Shown here: positions 27,481-42,536 of the stretch, piece by piece
How the letters are laid out: the number at the start of each line of letters is the position of its first letter
Numbering within the stretch: position 1 is the stretch's first letter
NCBI RefSeq assembly: GCF_009914755.1
Contig: NC_060930.1
DNA: 64,000 bases
Source of the DNA: the human T2T-CHM13v2.0 reference genome, Homo sapiens
Direction: 5' to 3' (one strand)
The notes under the pieces: model-generated
What the model saw: the letters and a program-made list of their open reading frames with translations, nothing else
What the model was told of the DNA's origin: nothing
Database searches by the model: none
Program-made: the position numbers and the translations under genes

Positions 27481-29091
27481 CTGCCATCCATTATTCTATA
27501 TCACTTACACTGGTTCTGCATCTTTGATCAAACCCTGAATGATACAGAATTATGTACTGATTACTTCTCAGAGGCACTATAACCAACTGAATTTTGTATT
27601 TGTTGATTGAACAGAAGATCAAGTTTTAACTGCATATTGATTGAAGGGGTGAATGATGAGTAAGAAATTAAAATACCCTTTGGGGGTGCACAGAAATATA
27701 TATTCTCTGCCCTGGAAAACAAATCCTAGGTGACTTTGACCTTCAATTCTTACACTCAAATATCCTGCCTATTCTTCAAATAGGAAGCATCTTTGTAAAT
27801 GTCTAAGCATTTATTTATTCAACCAACTATGCATTGTTTACCTCTCTGTCCTATGCATTACCCCACAACTGGACTCCAACACACTGAGGATGGTTCAAGA
27901 AAATTGCTGAGGCATTTTCCTTCCTCCCTCCAGAGCCTTGATCCCAATCTCCTTTCACTTTTATTTTATTTCCCAAACTCCAGACTCTAAGTTCTGAAGA
28001 CCTGACTCAAATCCCTGCCTTTGGGCCCCCTGGATTTCACATCTACCCATATACACCCTGGCATTTGATCCTTTGTCCTCCTTGTGGACTCTGGCTTCAC
28101 TTGATCCTTCAGGCCCTGTCACCTCCCTTGATCTTGGCTGGACCTTGCAGCCCCAGCTCCTACCAAAGTCACCGCCTGCGTTTGACTACCTGGATGGTGC
28201 TTCCCAGTGAGAAAGAGAATAGGTGACATCCAGACACCACTCTCTAGAGCCTGCAACCTGGTGGGGGAAGTGAGTTATACACAGAATACAAAATAAGCAT
28301 CGAAGAAGTCTGGAAAAAAGCATAATCCCTTTAACCCAAACTAAGGTCATCAGGGGAGTCTTCCTGGATTAGGTGACCTTTGGAGGGACTGGTAAAAATG
28401 TAACATAACCCTAGCTATATATAACCCCAGCTATATATAACCCCAGGAGATGAGTTGGGAAAGTAGGAGGGGGAAATGCTAGGGATAATGGAGAAAGCCA
28501 AAGAATTGGAGCATGAGGCCTTGCACAGACAAAATTCAGTTATATCGTTAAAAGAGTGCAGAGAAAACATTAGGAAATACAGATAAATTTCTATCTCCTG
28601 TCCAAAAAGAAGTAGGGAAACTATAACCACCACAAATAAGCCTCCAGTTTATCCATGACTTAAGACTTGTCATTCACAAACCGCTTGCTGGGGTGACAAA
28701 CATCTGAACAGTGAATGAGAGGATGAAAGGAAAAACTGGATGATCATGAAATGTTAGTAAGTTGCCCCGAAATTAAGAGCATACCATTTCCACAAGGCTG
28801 GGAGAGAAGTCCCAACTCTGAGGCTTTGGCAGCTCAGGGAAGCAGAACACCTCTCTGGGACTCCACGAATGTTCTTGGCGACTGAGCTGTGAACATTGCC
28901 CAAGAATACATTTTTGAAAGTCATAAATAATACAACTTCTCGAGTTAAACACACAGAGAAAAAATGACTGAAGATATGTCTGTTATAGATAAACATGCTG
29001 CCACATCTTTTTGACAGCTTATGGCATTGGAGATTCTTCTAATAAAAAATTCAATTTGAAAGGCCACCAGCAAAATCACTGTTCCCTCTAA

Positions 29092-29523
<432 letters not shown>

Positions 29524-30494
29524 TAGCCAATACAATTAGAATATATTCCACATGTCCTCATTATTTAAACAAACTCCAATTGGAAAATTTCTCATTCATG
29601 GTAATAAAACAGTTCCTCTTGGATTCATCAGGTTAATTAAGTGACCCCTGAGGTGAACTGTGTCTAGACTTATTGTAGACCCATCCAAATTACTGTGATC
29701 TACTGCAGGATAGCCAAATCCTGATGCCATGAAATATAATATTGTACCTCTGAATGGAGCGAAGTAGAAAGCCTCAGAAAAGCGGGGACACAGGAATATT
29801 TCTGGGGTATAACCTGTATAAAGGCAGGATCCAAATAGTTCAGTCTCAAGATGGTAGTCAAGGAATACAGCCTGACACAAGAAGGAATTTCAAAGACTCA
29901 AATTATTTATTTTGAGATTCTGGGAAACCACAAAGAGAAGGCAAACATAGAGCATACAGCAACACTTATGAATTTCCCTTTCTTCTGCACCCATTTCACT
30001 CATATGTGCTGCATTTGTTCTGAGGTGTCCCTCATCACAATTTCCCGAAGGCTTTCTCTAGGCTGAGCTCCGCACTTGCATTTTCCTCTCTTTACTTCCT
30101 CTCTTATGTCTATCCTTTGACTATAGTCGTTGATATTGCCTCTCTCCCCGTGATTAAAAAGGGAATAAAAACACTTCCTCTTTGGGAGAGGAAAGAAGGG
30201 AGGAAATTTGGCAGACCATTATAGCGTGAGTTTTTGGTTATCTGGGAAAGGGAGGAAGCCAGCAGACATTCCCATCTTTATTCCATTTAGCTCCCTCTCT
30301 GCCAGACAGTGATAAGGGAACTTAATTTACACCAAAACCAGGGATAGGGAGCCCAATTCAGAGGCTCAAATGAATATACGGCCACACATTCCTAAAAAAA
30401 CAAAAATAAAAAAAACAACAACTCACCTTTCAACCATCTTTTGTTGGTTGACGTATGATTTCCTTATCGTAAGAGAGTAAGTATGAGTTATTAA

Positions 30495-30848
<354 letters not shown>

Positions 30849-32656
30849 TGAGGCAACATAAAACTTGAATTAATAAATGTGACAAACAAAAATAACAATA
30901 AAATAATAAATTATAAATCCCAACATGAATACAATTATATTTCTTAATTTTGACAGTGTGAACAATAGACTTAGTGTTAGATCATTTGCAGCACGGTCAG
31001 ATAGAAGAATTTTTTCCCTCATGTAAAGACTACACCCTAACTCAGGCATGGGAAAACATCATCTCATATAAGCCTCATAAACCCCAACTAAGCCAGCTCT
31101 TAGGGCCACACCAGTGTTCCAACATCTGTAAAGCCAGTTTTCATCTAAGTTTAATTTTAAAAAGCCAAAATGTTGAGTAAAATATTGTTCTTGTACATCC
31201 ACTCTGGGGTGGGTTTTTAGTGTCCTGACCTAGAATGTAGCTGGGATGGAGCAGGACTGCTTGAGGAAAGAGGGTTGCTGGGCTCACCTTTTCAGTTTGG
31301 CAGAAGCATTGAAACTGGTGGGGGAAAGAGGCCTGGTAAGGAACTGGGGTTTGGAGCCCCTTCAAATTACTCAAAGCCAAAAAGGCGCACAGAGAGAGAA
31401 GAGCAAGAACCTAACAGCCTGAAGTGGCATTTCTGGCATGTGTTCAGGCAGCTTTTTTCGTCTGTGTTTCCATAAAGACCTCTCTTGCATAAAGCTCATC
31501 CAGGCCTCTGTGAACTGGTTGAGCCAGGGCAAGATGCACAGTCTCTGGGACTGTGAGTGTGAGTAAACAAGATTCTCCCCTTACCCCACAAGCCTACCCC
31601 TGCCCCAAAACAATTCAGCACAGAGGTATACTTCAAAGGCCCACAGCTCTCCCCAGCAAACAGACAAAGCTCTGCAGCCTTCAGATAGAGACTTCATCCT
31701 CAAGCCAGACAAAGACTTCATCCTGGTGGGAAACTGATGAGAAGAAGAAATGGCAATAGTAATGTGTATACACATACGCACACACAGGTTACAGGTACAG
31801 GACTCTAAAATTGCAGTGTGAAGTCTCCTGATACAAGCCACATTCTCTGGTCATCTGTTTATCCAAACAGAGTTCTACACTAGGGTCAAGAGAGTCTTTT
31901 TAAAAATTATAGGGTACTGTGCTTTGCTAAATGGCATCATGGAATGAAGACAACACTGGTGATGCTACTAATTATGCAGCTTGAGAAAGCTGCTCACCTG
32001 TGCAGAGCTTGAGTTTCCTCATATGAAAATTGGAGATGATAAAACCTACCTTGTAGGATTTTTATGAATATTAAATAAAATAACATGTAAAAACAACTGG
32101 CCAGAAATGGTAACAAGCAAGAGTAGAATTTGGGAAAAGGGTTTGCTTGATTCTAACAGATGTTCTCCAAAGATGCAAAATGAGGTTGTTGAGAAAGGTG
32201 GTGTGTGGCTGGTTGATGCGAGGCTTTGAGTCCGCCTGCCTGTGAAGTTTGATTTTGAAATCTCAGCCTCTTAGAAGCCTCTGTAAGGGGATGGGTGGTC
32301 ACAAAGCCACATCTTATAGTGTGGTCTGCAAGGATGCCTATAAAACACTCAAAGCTTATTGAAAATTCCCCTGCAGATCTCCTCGTCTGAATTCCTCCCC
32401 ACCCCACACCAATGAGCCACTACACATTCAAGGAAAACAAAGAGACAACTCTAAAGCCCTAAGGAGCGGCCCAGCTAGGCCAGTAGTTTTCCCCAGAGGG
32501 AAAATGTGCTTCCAGACACACTCAGCTGAAACTGACTAGAAACTGGACTGTGTTGACTGAACAAGTTGAGAAAGATTTGCCTCTGGCTTTAATAAATTAC
32601 GACATCAGCTTTTGGCATTTAAAATATTCAACTGTTTACCTTAAAAAGTCTCTTGC

Positions 32657-33064
<408 letters not shown>

Positions 33065-34125
33065 CTATTAAGGTTCCTTTGGGCTCCGAGAACTATAGGA
33101 CTTGGGGACAAACAAACCAGGTGGCTGATTCTACTGACGGCTTCACTGTCACCTGTGGTTTCTGCTCCTTCAAAGGAGTGAGGATTAGCTGCTATTTAGA
33201 CACAGGAATGCAGGTCTTTGATTATTTGGGTGTCTGTTTTCACAGGCGTTGGACCTGACCCTGCAGCCTGGGAGCCCTGACCGGACCTCTCCTCTGATTT
33301 GAAAGTACGCAGGCCTGGCTGACACCAGACACCACAGAGGTGTGGCCCCCACCAGACACAGCTACCATTAAACCCCATCTTGTTGCTCACTGGGTGTGTG
33401 GCCTTGGTTAACCACAAACCCGCCTAGATGCCTCACTGGCAGGCCAGCTGAAAGCCATCATTTCTTATCCAGCCCCTTAGGGACAGGATTAGAAGAGTTA
33501 CCTAAAATGTAAGATGTTGCATTCCTAAAGCCCTGGCTGTAACCCAGGGGGACTCCAGGCAAGACGGCTGATCCCAGCGACTTCACTCCTAAATGAAACC
33601 AAAGTCACCTAGTATCCTTGAGTGGCATGACATGGAGAATGGCAAGTGAAACCAGAGCCTTCTTGGCAGTTAACTGAGGTGCTCTGAGAAGGTGGCAAAG
33701 GAAGAAAGCCTTGGCTTTATTTAAAGGGGCAATTAAAGTTCAGGAAGGAAAGGAAGTGTTGTTATTCTTAATTTTTCACACTCTCCCTGACCCCAACCAC
33801 CATTCCACAAATAGCCCAGGATTTCATTTGCTGCCAGCAGAAGTATATAGATATCTCTGGAAAGCTATGAATGATTTACAAGCTGGGTCAATAATTAAGT
33901 TACCCGGGGATGTGTAGACATAACCAGTCTTAACTCTTTAAATCTCAGAAGACTTGCTCCCCAGCCTGGCAAGAGAATAATGGTTAGAAACCAAACAAAA
34001 TCTCCATACAGATTTGAAATGCTTTGAGCTAGTAAAATGTTTCAATCCATTATTTGGGAAAGGCTGATGAGCAGATTGTGTTTCTCATCTTGGTCTGTGA
34101 TTATTTCTAGGACAAAAGAAACATA

Positions 34126-34204
34126 TTAAGTTGGTACAGAAGTAATTGCCATCTTTGCCATTGCTCTTAATGCAAAAACCACATTTACTTTTGCACCAAC
34201 CTAA
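34126..34204. mobile_element. MADE1 (Hsmar1-derived mariner MITE)
   Basis: TTAAGTTGGTACAGAAGTAATTGC...TTACTTTTGCACCAACCTAA, ~80 bp, TA target duplication on both sides. Confidence 0.9.
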
Positions 34205-34735
34205 TAGTTTGTGGATTCAAGTACCCAAACTCTCAGCTTCGATTCCAGCTCACTCTGGAAGGCCAGGTGATTTTGAGAGGGGCCACTCCCTGGAACTGGC
34301 CGTCCTCCCTCAAAGACCTCCTCATGAAGATTTTAATCAATGATGGATCCAGATCCTTCCAAAGGGAAAAAGCATCATTCACGTGGGGGAGGGGAGTTTG
34401 TTTGAGAGCAGCCCTTTTGTTGGCTGATCTGTGGGAGGAACAGCCCAGTGGTCTATGCTAGTTAAGGGGTCAAAGCTAAAACTCCTGAAAGAGTTAGCAA
34501 GATGAGACTGCATATGTGCAAACTGGAGAAATTCTGAGAAGAAAGTCGCCCAGGGCTTAAGAAGGGCTTTCATGTGGGGCAGGGCTGGACCTGAGCCTGG
34601 AAGGACTGGCGGGTGAGGAGCAGGACACCTCAGAGACAGGCATCATTCCGGGCACAAACCTGTGCTGAGTCCTACCTTCCATGTCCAGACATGTACCTGT
34701 GCTGCAGGTACATGAGCCAGAGAGGATTGAGCCTC

Positions 34736-35101
34736 TTATGGGCCGAATTATGTCTCCTCAAAATTCATATGTTGAAGCCCAAATCACCCAGTACCTCAGA
34801 ATGTGACTGCATTTGGAGATAAGGCCTTTAAAGAGGCAGTGAAATTAAAATGAGGCCTTTAGTGTCGGCCCTAACCCAATCTAACTGGTGTGATCATAAG
34901 AGGAGATTTGGAGACACAAAGAGACACCAGAGAAAAGGCCACCTGCAAGCCAAAGAGAGAGACCTCAGGAGAAGCCAAACGTGCTTCTTGAGCCTTTGAT
35001 CTGAGACTACCCACCTCCAGAACTGCAAGAAAATTAATTTCTACTGTTAAAGCCCCCTGGTCTGTGGAATTTGTCATGGTGGCCTTAAGCAGATTCATAC
35101 A
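34736..35101 (+). mobile_element. MLT1B-type MaLR solo LTR
   Basis: AAAATTCATATGTTGAAG...ACCTCAGAATGTGACTGCATTTGGAGATAAGG... Confidence 0.85.
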
Positions 35102-36676
35102 GCGTCCTTGCCCTCCGAGGGCTCCAGTGTGTTGAGGAGGCCAGACAATAAACAAAATCCTATGAAACCCATACATTCATGACAGCTGTGCAGGGCACTA
35201 GGAAGGACAAGGAAAAGGTGCTTTGAGAGTATCTGAAGAACAAAACCGGGGTGAGGAAACACCCCTGGGCCTGGAATTCCCGCCTCAAGGAGAGGAGAGC
35301 AGGGAAGGCAGGCTGACCCAAGCCACCACTGAAGAGATGGGAAGTGAATGACAATGGGAACACCAGATTGCAGAGCGCCTGGAAACAAGCAGGAGTATTC
35401 TTGCTGGATCTCCAAGGCAATGTGAAGCTATTTTAGATTTCCAAGTGGAGGAACGGCCCAAGGAGAGCAATGCTTTAGGGAGCTCTTTCTTACAAGCATG
35501 TGCAGAAGGAGCGCAGGCCTCAAGGCACAGGAAGAGGGGGTGCGGGTGAGAGGGCTGGATCGAGATGCCAGCAAGCGGGCAAAGCGGGGGAGGAGCTGCA
35601 TGCAAAAAGCATCTTGAAGAAGAAAATGACAGGTCTTGGTGATTGATGGGAAACTCTTTTAAAATTGTCTTGTCCCTGAAGCAGCCCTTCAAGGCTGTGG
35701 CTGACGTATAGGAAGGCCCCTGGTAGACCCCTCTCCAGAGTGAGGTGGTTGCCATGGCACCCAGATGTGAGCAAGGGGGATAAAGACCAAATGGCACATT
35801 CATTTCATACCCTTCCTTTACCATCCCTTTGTGGGATACCAGTGAGACCCACAAAGCTTCCCGAATCTGCACGATGAATATCATCAGAAGGCATTTGATT
35901 ACAGCTCTGAGACTCAGTAAGAAAGTAACACCTGGGTAACGTCCATAAAGCAATCTTGCAGATTTCTCTGTGAGGGGCTTCTAACTTCTGGCTGCCTTTC
36001 AGCTATTCACAGCTGGGGGGAAGTGGAGGGGACAAGGGGACGTGGGTAAAAGAACTTCTCATACTAGCCTGTGAAGGGATGTTAATGTCTGACTGACAGG
36101 AGTAGGACAGTGGTTGCTTGATCCAGCCCTCCTGCCTTCTGCTGGGAAGGAAACAAAAATATGGAAAACCCGGGGGGCTAAAGTTCCAGAGCGCCTGCTG
36201 TCAGCTGAAGCCCATGGCCTCACAGAAGCAACCAGATAGAGGAAGCTGTGAATAGATCCTGCCCCGTCAGGTGCTGGATGAAGCTTGTTTCCAGTGTGAA
36301 GGAAAGGGGACCTGGTCAGGAAACCATGGTTTCATGAGCCAGACTTTACAACTGCAGGCAGCTGCCAAGGCCAGAGCTCACGGTGAGTGGCAGACAGAAG
36401 AATACCAGCCCTTCATCTCATAGTGCTCCGCCAGGCTCATTTTCCATCCATCAGCAGCCGAGGGTTAACGTGGAGATCAGATTAGAGGCACTGCTCTCTA
36501 AGAGACCTACATTTGAAGCACTAGGCAAAAACTGATATAAGCACATGTGGAAATAAAACACAGGGTAAAAGAGTCCAGCAAAAAATCCTGGCATGGCAGC
36601 TGACTCTGACTGCACAGGACACAGTACACTGACACTCTCTGAGGAGAAGAGTATCTTTAAAGAGTAGACTATTTAA

Positions 36677-37015
<339 letters not shown>

Positions 37016-37111
37016 GCCATTATATTATTATTTTTTTAAAGTCTCTTTTAGAACTGTAAGACTTCAAGATGCTCCATTTGCTCTGGATTGAAAAGCTGAT
37101 AAATGTTATTT

Positions 37112-37275
37112 TGTAATCAAAATGTGGTCTGAGGACCAGCTGCATTGGCACCTCCCAGGAGCCTGATACAATTTCAGAATCTCAGACCCAAATCCAGACC
37201 TGCTGAATCAGAATCTGCACTTTAACGAGATCCCTGGAAGCTCTGCACGAACATTAAAGTCTAAAAAGCACTGCC
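37112..37275. mobile_element. MER5A
   Basis: AAATGTGGTC...CAGACCTGCTGAATCAGAATCTGCACTTTAACGAGATCCC. Confidence 0.8.
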
Positions 37276-39429
37276 TTGGAGCAGGTTAGGCAAAAAGAAG
37301 AGCTGAGAAGGGTTGGGTAGCTAAGATCTGGCTTAGCAATACTATAGCCAGATCAGTGCCCACTTCTACTCACTAGGCAATGGCCCCTGTGGCCACAGTG
37401 AGAGGGTTTAGATAGTAATGCAGGGTGCAGAGGAAGAGGGCCAGGCTTCCGCTGCATGACCGAAAGAACCCAGGTGCCCCTCCCACTTAGGTGCTCTTAT
37501 ACATTCTCAGCCTTTATCTTTACAAGCCCAAGGCCCATATGAGTCTAGATTATGCAAAATAAGTCTAAGCAATGTAAAAAAAAAAAAATGATTTTTTTTT
37601 CCAATTAGCAAAGGGTAATGAGCACTTTCCAGAAATTGTGCTTGGTAGGATATGTCACATAAGTAAATTTTCTTTTGTTTATTTTTCCAAAGAGGCTGCA
37701 CCAGAACTATCCAAGATAATTACTTTGCCTTCAGTCTGGTTGAGCAGCAGCTGTTTATGGTACCTATGACTTCCTCTGTAAGATCAGTGAGATGTAATAC
37801 AACAACAAAGGGATTTTGAGTAGACAAACCTGTGCTTGAATCCTGGTTTGGATTATTTCCTGAAATTCAGATAGTAAACTCTAAAATGCTGAATGAATTT
37901 ACAATTAATTATTCATTATTGAGTGGAAATATAGCAGCATGGCTTAGCCTGGCTTGACTAATAGCACCATTATTATGTCAAGGAGACTAAAGCTTTGAGA
38001 GATATAGCTCAATGTCATACAACTAGAAAGTGGCAGAGCCCAGACTGGTAGGTGCCAGGTCTATTGGCCTCAAGAGCCCAGAAGACAGTTAAACCCGATA
38101 CCATTGCTTCCATGGGCCCAAGGCCTTACTCCCTTCCAGTGCCTTCAACTCTGCCGCATAACTGATGCTCTCACAGTTTAAGACAGAATTGCAAGTGAGC
38201 CAGATTTACAAAGGCAGTCATCTTACTACCTTCATTTATCTTACTACCCTTCTGACTTCAAAAGTCATTGCTAATATTCTAAATTGTGGCCTGCTCAGTC
38301 TTTGCTCTCCTTTGCTTCTAAATAATTTTGTTTTTTCATCCTCAAAAAATCTAACTCTTCATGTCAACAAGAAAAATCTCAAAATGAGATGGTAAAACAA
38401 ACATTCCATTGACTTTCAGACTATTAAATAACTAACCCTCTCCCTCAGTCTCCCTATTCCCCATCCCCCTCTCCCAGCTTTTTTCAAGTGCTCCCTCCCA
38501 GGCTGGAGAATAATTATACTCTCGGGTGAAACAGAGAAGGTAGAAACTGGAAGACTGAATAGATTTGAGTTAATACAACTTTCTCTCAAACAAAAGCATT
38601 TAAGAGTTCAGCAAAGGTTAGGCACGCAGAGAATGCTGCATTTCCTGGTATCTTCTGATTAGCTTTTAAGATAATTAATGGAGATGGGAGTATTATTGCT
38701 TGAACAACTACCGCATTCCTGGAGAGAAACAGGAAGGACAGAGCCGAGAATCCTGAGCATTAACCCCAGTGGCCAATCAGCTTCTTTTGCATTTGTAAAT
38801 TCCCTCTGTGGCTCCATGGTGACCCCACGGTTAGGTGACAGGCAAGCTCCTAGCACTTTGCATGCATTACCTTAACTATACGGCACACTTCTTTTCCGGG
38901 AGAGAAATAGCCATACCCATTTTAGGAAGGAGGAAATTGCTGCACACACACTGCCCTTAAAACAATCTAATGTAGCAGCTGCTGTAATTATGCCCATTTT
39001 GTGGATGAGGAAACTATGGTCTACAGAGACTTAGCAACTTTTCCAATAACACACAATAAATATTGGGGCTAGAATTAAACCCAAATCTGTCCGATTCCAG
39101 AGCTATCACAAGAGGTAACATTTCTGCCTTATCCTACTTCCTTGTTTTATATCTACAGTTCCATAACTGCAGGGCAGCAGAGAGATGCAAACATCATCAC
39201 AACAAAAATGTCATATATGTCCCCAGTAACCACTAGGCTTCTTTTTGACCATCTGGCTGGCCCAACGGCCAAGCAGTCACCACCAGATGATTCAACCAAC
39301 TCTGGCTTCTTTCTCTTTCCTCAGACTGTGAACTCCTGAGAAATGATCATATTTTTCCATTTTTATATCCCTCTCCATGCTGCCACATTATAAGAGAGAA
39401 AAATTGGCACTTGCTGAATATATATTATA

Positions 39430-39625
39430 AGCTATGTCAGCTATGTAGCACAGAGACTGTCACTTACCCCTTCAACATTCCAACAGGCATCAGTAATCAA
39501 TCATAGTGCTCTTCCCTAGTTAAGGCCAGAAAGAGCCTCAGCATCCTTCTCAACATAATACTTTAGTCAGCTACTATCAACCAATCAGAGTTGGTACACT
39601 AGGTGAAACCTATTTACTCTTCCTT
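39430..39625. mobile_element. MER102-like hAT fragment
   Basis: GCCTCAGCATCCTTCTCAACA...CAATCAGAGTTGG..TGAAACCTATTT resembles recalled MER102. Confidence 0.5.
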
Positions 39626-39669
39626 ATCTAAATTATTGACTGGATACTTTCTCATGGCCCTTATGATAT

Positions 39670-41040
39670 TGAGAGGTGACAGCGTGCTGGCAGTCCTCAG
39701 AGCCCTCGCTTGCTCTCAGCGCCTCCTCTCCCTGGGTTCCCACTTTGGCAGCACTTGAGGAGCCCTTTGGCCCGCCGCTGCACTGTGGGAGCCCCTTTCT
39801 GGGCCGGCCAAGGCCAGAGCCGGCTCCCTCAGCTTGCAGGGAGGTGTGGAGGGAGAGGCGCCAGCAGGAACTGGGGCGGCGCGCAGCGCTTGCGGGCCAG
39901 CTGGAGTTCTGGGTGGGCATGGGCTTGGTGGACCCTGCACTCGGAGCGGCCGGCCTGCACCGGGCAGTGAGGTGCTTAGCACCCGGGCCAATGGCTGCTG
40001 AGGGTGTACTGGGTCCCCCAGCAGTGCCAGCCCACCGGCGCTGTGCTCGATTTCTCACCGGGCCTTAGCTGCCTTCCCGCGGGGCAGGCGTAGGGACTGC
40101 AGCCCGCCATGCCTGAGCCTTCCCCCCACCTCCGCGGGTTCCTGTGCAGCCCGAGCCTCCCCCACGAATGACGCCCCCTGCTCCATGGCACCCAGTCCCA
40201 TCAACTGCCCACGGGCTGAGGAGTGCGAGTGCATGGCGCAGGACTGGCAGGCAGCTCCACCTGCAGCCCCGGTGCGGGACCCACTGGGTGAAGCCAGCTG
40301 GACTCCTGAGTCTGGTGGGGAGGTGGAGAGTCTTTATGTCTAGCTCAGGGATTGTAAACACACCAATCAGCACCCTGTGTCTAGCTCAGGGTTTGTGAGT
40401 GCACCAATTGACACTCTGTATCTAGCTGCTCTGGTGGGGCCTTAGAGAACCTTTATGTCTAGCTCAAGGATTGTAAATACACCAATCAGCACTCTGTGTC
40501 TAGCTCAAGGTTTGTAAACGCACCAATCAGCACCCTGTCAAAACAGACCACTCGGCTCTACCAATCAGCAGGATGTGGGTGGGACCAGATAAGAGAATAA
40601 AAGCAGGCTGCCTGAGCCAGCAGTGGCAACCCGCTGGGGTCCCCTTCCACGCTGTGGAAGCTTTGTTCTTTTGCTCTTTGCAATAAATCTTGCTACTGCT
40701 CACTCTTTGGGTCCACACTGCTTTTATGAGCTGTAACACTCACCACAAAGGTCTGCAGCTTCACTCCTGAAGCCAGCAAGACAACGAGCCCACCGGGAGG
40801 AATGAACAACTCCAGACATGCCGCCTTAAGAGCTGTAACGCTCACCGCGAAGGTCTGCAGCTTCACTCCTGAGCCAGCGAGACCACGAACCCACCACAAG
40901 GAAGAAACTCTGAACACATCCGAATATCAGAAGGAACAAACTCCAGACGCGCCACCTTAAGAGCTGTAACGCTCACCGCAAGGGTCCACAGCTTCATTCT
41001 TGAAGTTAGTGAGACCAAGAACCCACCAATTCCGGACACA
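39670..41040 (+). mobile_element. ERV9 solo LTR (LTR12C-type)
   Basis: TGAGAGGTGACAGCGTGCTGG...CCAATTCCGGACACA; TSD ATAT (39666-39669 / 41041-41044); CCAAT repeats; AATAAAA promoter box 40596-40602. Confidence 0.95.
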
Positions 41041-41845
41041 ATATGAGCATTCCTACCTAAGTTTCAGTTATAACATTACCCAGAGAAAGCAAAAGTCAGC
41101 GTAACGTAAAAATATTCACTAAAGGAGTTGACCACTTTTCTATTTCATCTCTACTCTGCCACCCCTTCCTCCCTTTTAACAGTAGCCATTACCCCTTCAG
41201 TAATAATGAGTTATGCTCTTTGTCAGCTGTTTTGCATAGTATACATGCACAAATGCAAATAATGGCAAATCTTGGGAAATATAAATTTTTTATAAAGTAG
41301 GTGAAAGTGTTATTGGCAAATTGCTCAAATCAGACACTGGAAGCCATTGACAAATGAGAATCTGGGAAAGTTATACCGGTTAACAACTGGAGATGAGAAA
41401 ATTCCAGGGTGATGACAAGATATGTGCTTCAAAAGACATCATTTGAATATCAAAGGATTGAGCTGAACCCTTGGGAAAACTAATAAAGCTCTGGAATATT
41501 TTTGCAAAGAAATGACCTTTTTATGAATGTACTGTGGAAATCAAACACACAGTTAAAGATTGTACCATACCCCTATACGAATTTGCCAAAAAATAATTAT
41601 TACAGGAGAAACAAAACTCCAATAGTCAACATTTTTGGTTTATTTAAAGAATCAGGGCAAGTTGTGACTGTAACATATTTTAGTTTAATAGTTGGGGAAA
41701 GAAGTTATTTCCAAATGAGACAGAGGAGAGATTGGGCTTAGCTTCAGCTCACTCCCACTAGAGGATTGCCACTGATCACAAAACCCACACCACTACCTCT
41801 CTGATGCCATAATGTTCAACCATGCCTTTTACTTAAAGAATTCCA

Positions 41846-42137
41846 TGTCCAAGCACAGTGGCTAACACCTGTAATCCAAGCACCTTGGGAGTCCAAGGCA
41901 GGAGGATTGCTTGAACCCAGGAGTTCGAGACCAGCCTAGGTAATAGAGTGAGACTCTGTCTCTACAAATAGAAACATTAGCTGGTCATGGTGGTGCACAC
42001 CTGAGGTCCCAGCTACTCAGGAGGGAAGGGAGGATTGCTTGAGCCCAGGAGGTTGAAGCTCCAGTGAGCTATGTTCACACCACTGCCCTCCAGCCTGGGT
42101 GACAGAGCAAGACCCTGTCTCAAAAAGAAAAAAAAAT
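41846..42137 (+). mobile_element. Alu (AluJ-like) inside the proviral 5'LTR
   Basis: Interrupts AAAGAATTCCA, which is uninterrupted in the 3'LTR. Confidence 0.93.
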
Positions 42138-42518
42138 ATCCAGAAACTGGACTTAGAAGATAACCAAGGCTGTGGAGTGTCCCATCTTGGGAAGGAATGC
42201 CGAACAATTGATTTACAGCCTTGTTGCCACCAGCCAAACCACCAGGTGGCCCACTACTGAAGATAATCATCACAAACAGATAATGCTGCCCTGCATACCC
42301 CACCCCTCATGTGCTTTGCCCAGCTCAGCGCACGTACCCTACCCCTGATGTCAATTCCTGCACTTTGCCTAATAAAAAAGCCCGATTGGCTCTTTTCAGG
42401 GGAGTCAGTCAGGGAATCTCTCTCTCTCTCTCTCTCTCTCTCACTGCCTCCTTTATGTTCAGGCATAAATTTCTATTGCATTAAGAGCCCAAGAACCCAT
42501 AATGGATAACATATTCTT

Positions 42519-42536
42519 TGGGGGCTCATCCAGGAT
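42519..42536 (+). other. Primer-binding site, tRNA-Pro type
   Basis: TGGGGGCTCATCCAGGAT versus PBS-Pro TGGGGGCTCGTCCGGGAT; both differences are CpG-decay type; 7 nt after the LTR end. Confidence 0.85.

Noticed and set aside
39633-40917. Dense overlapping GC-rich ORFs, also at 50734-51548
   Set aside because: Stop-poor LTR12C U3 sequence; the CpG-island-like character is LTR-derived.
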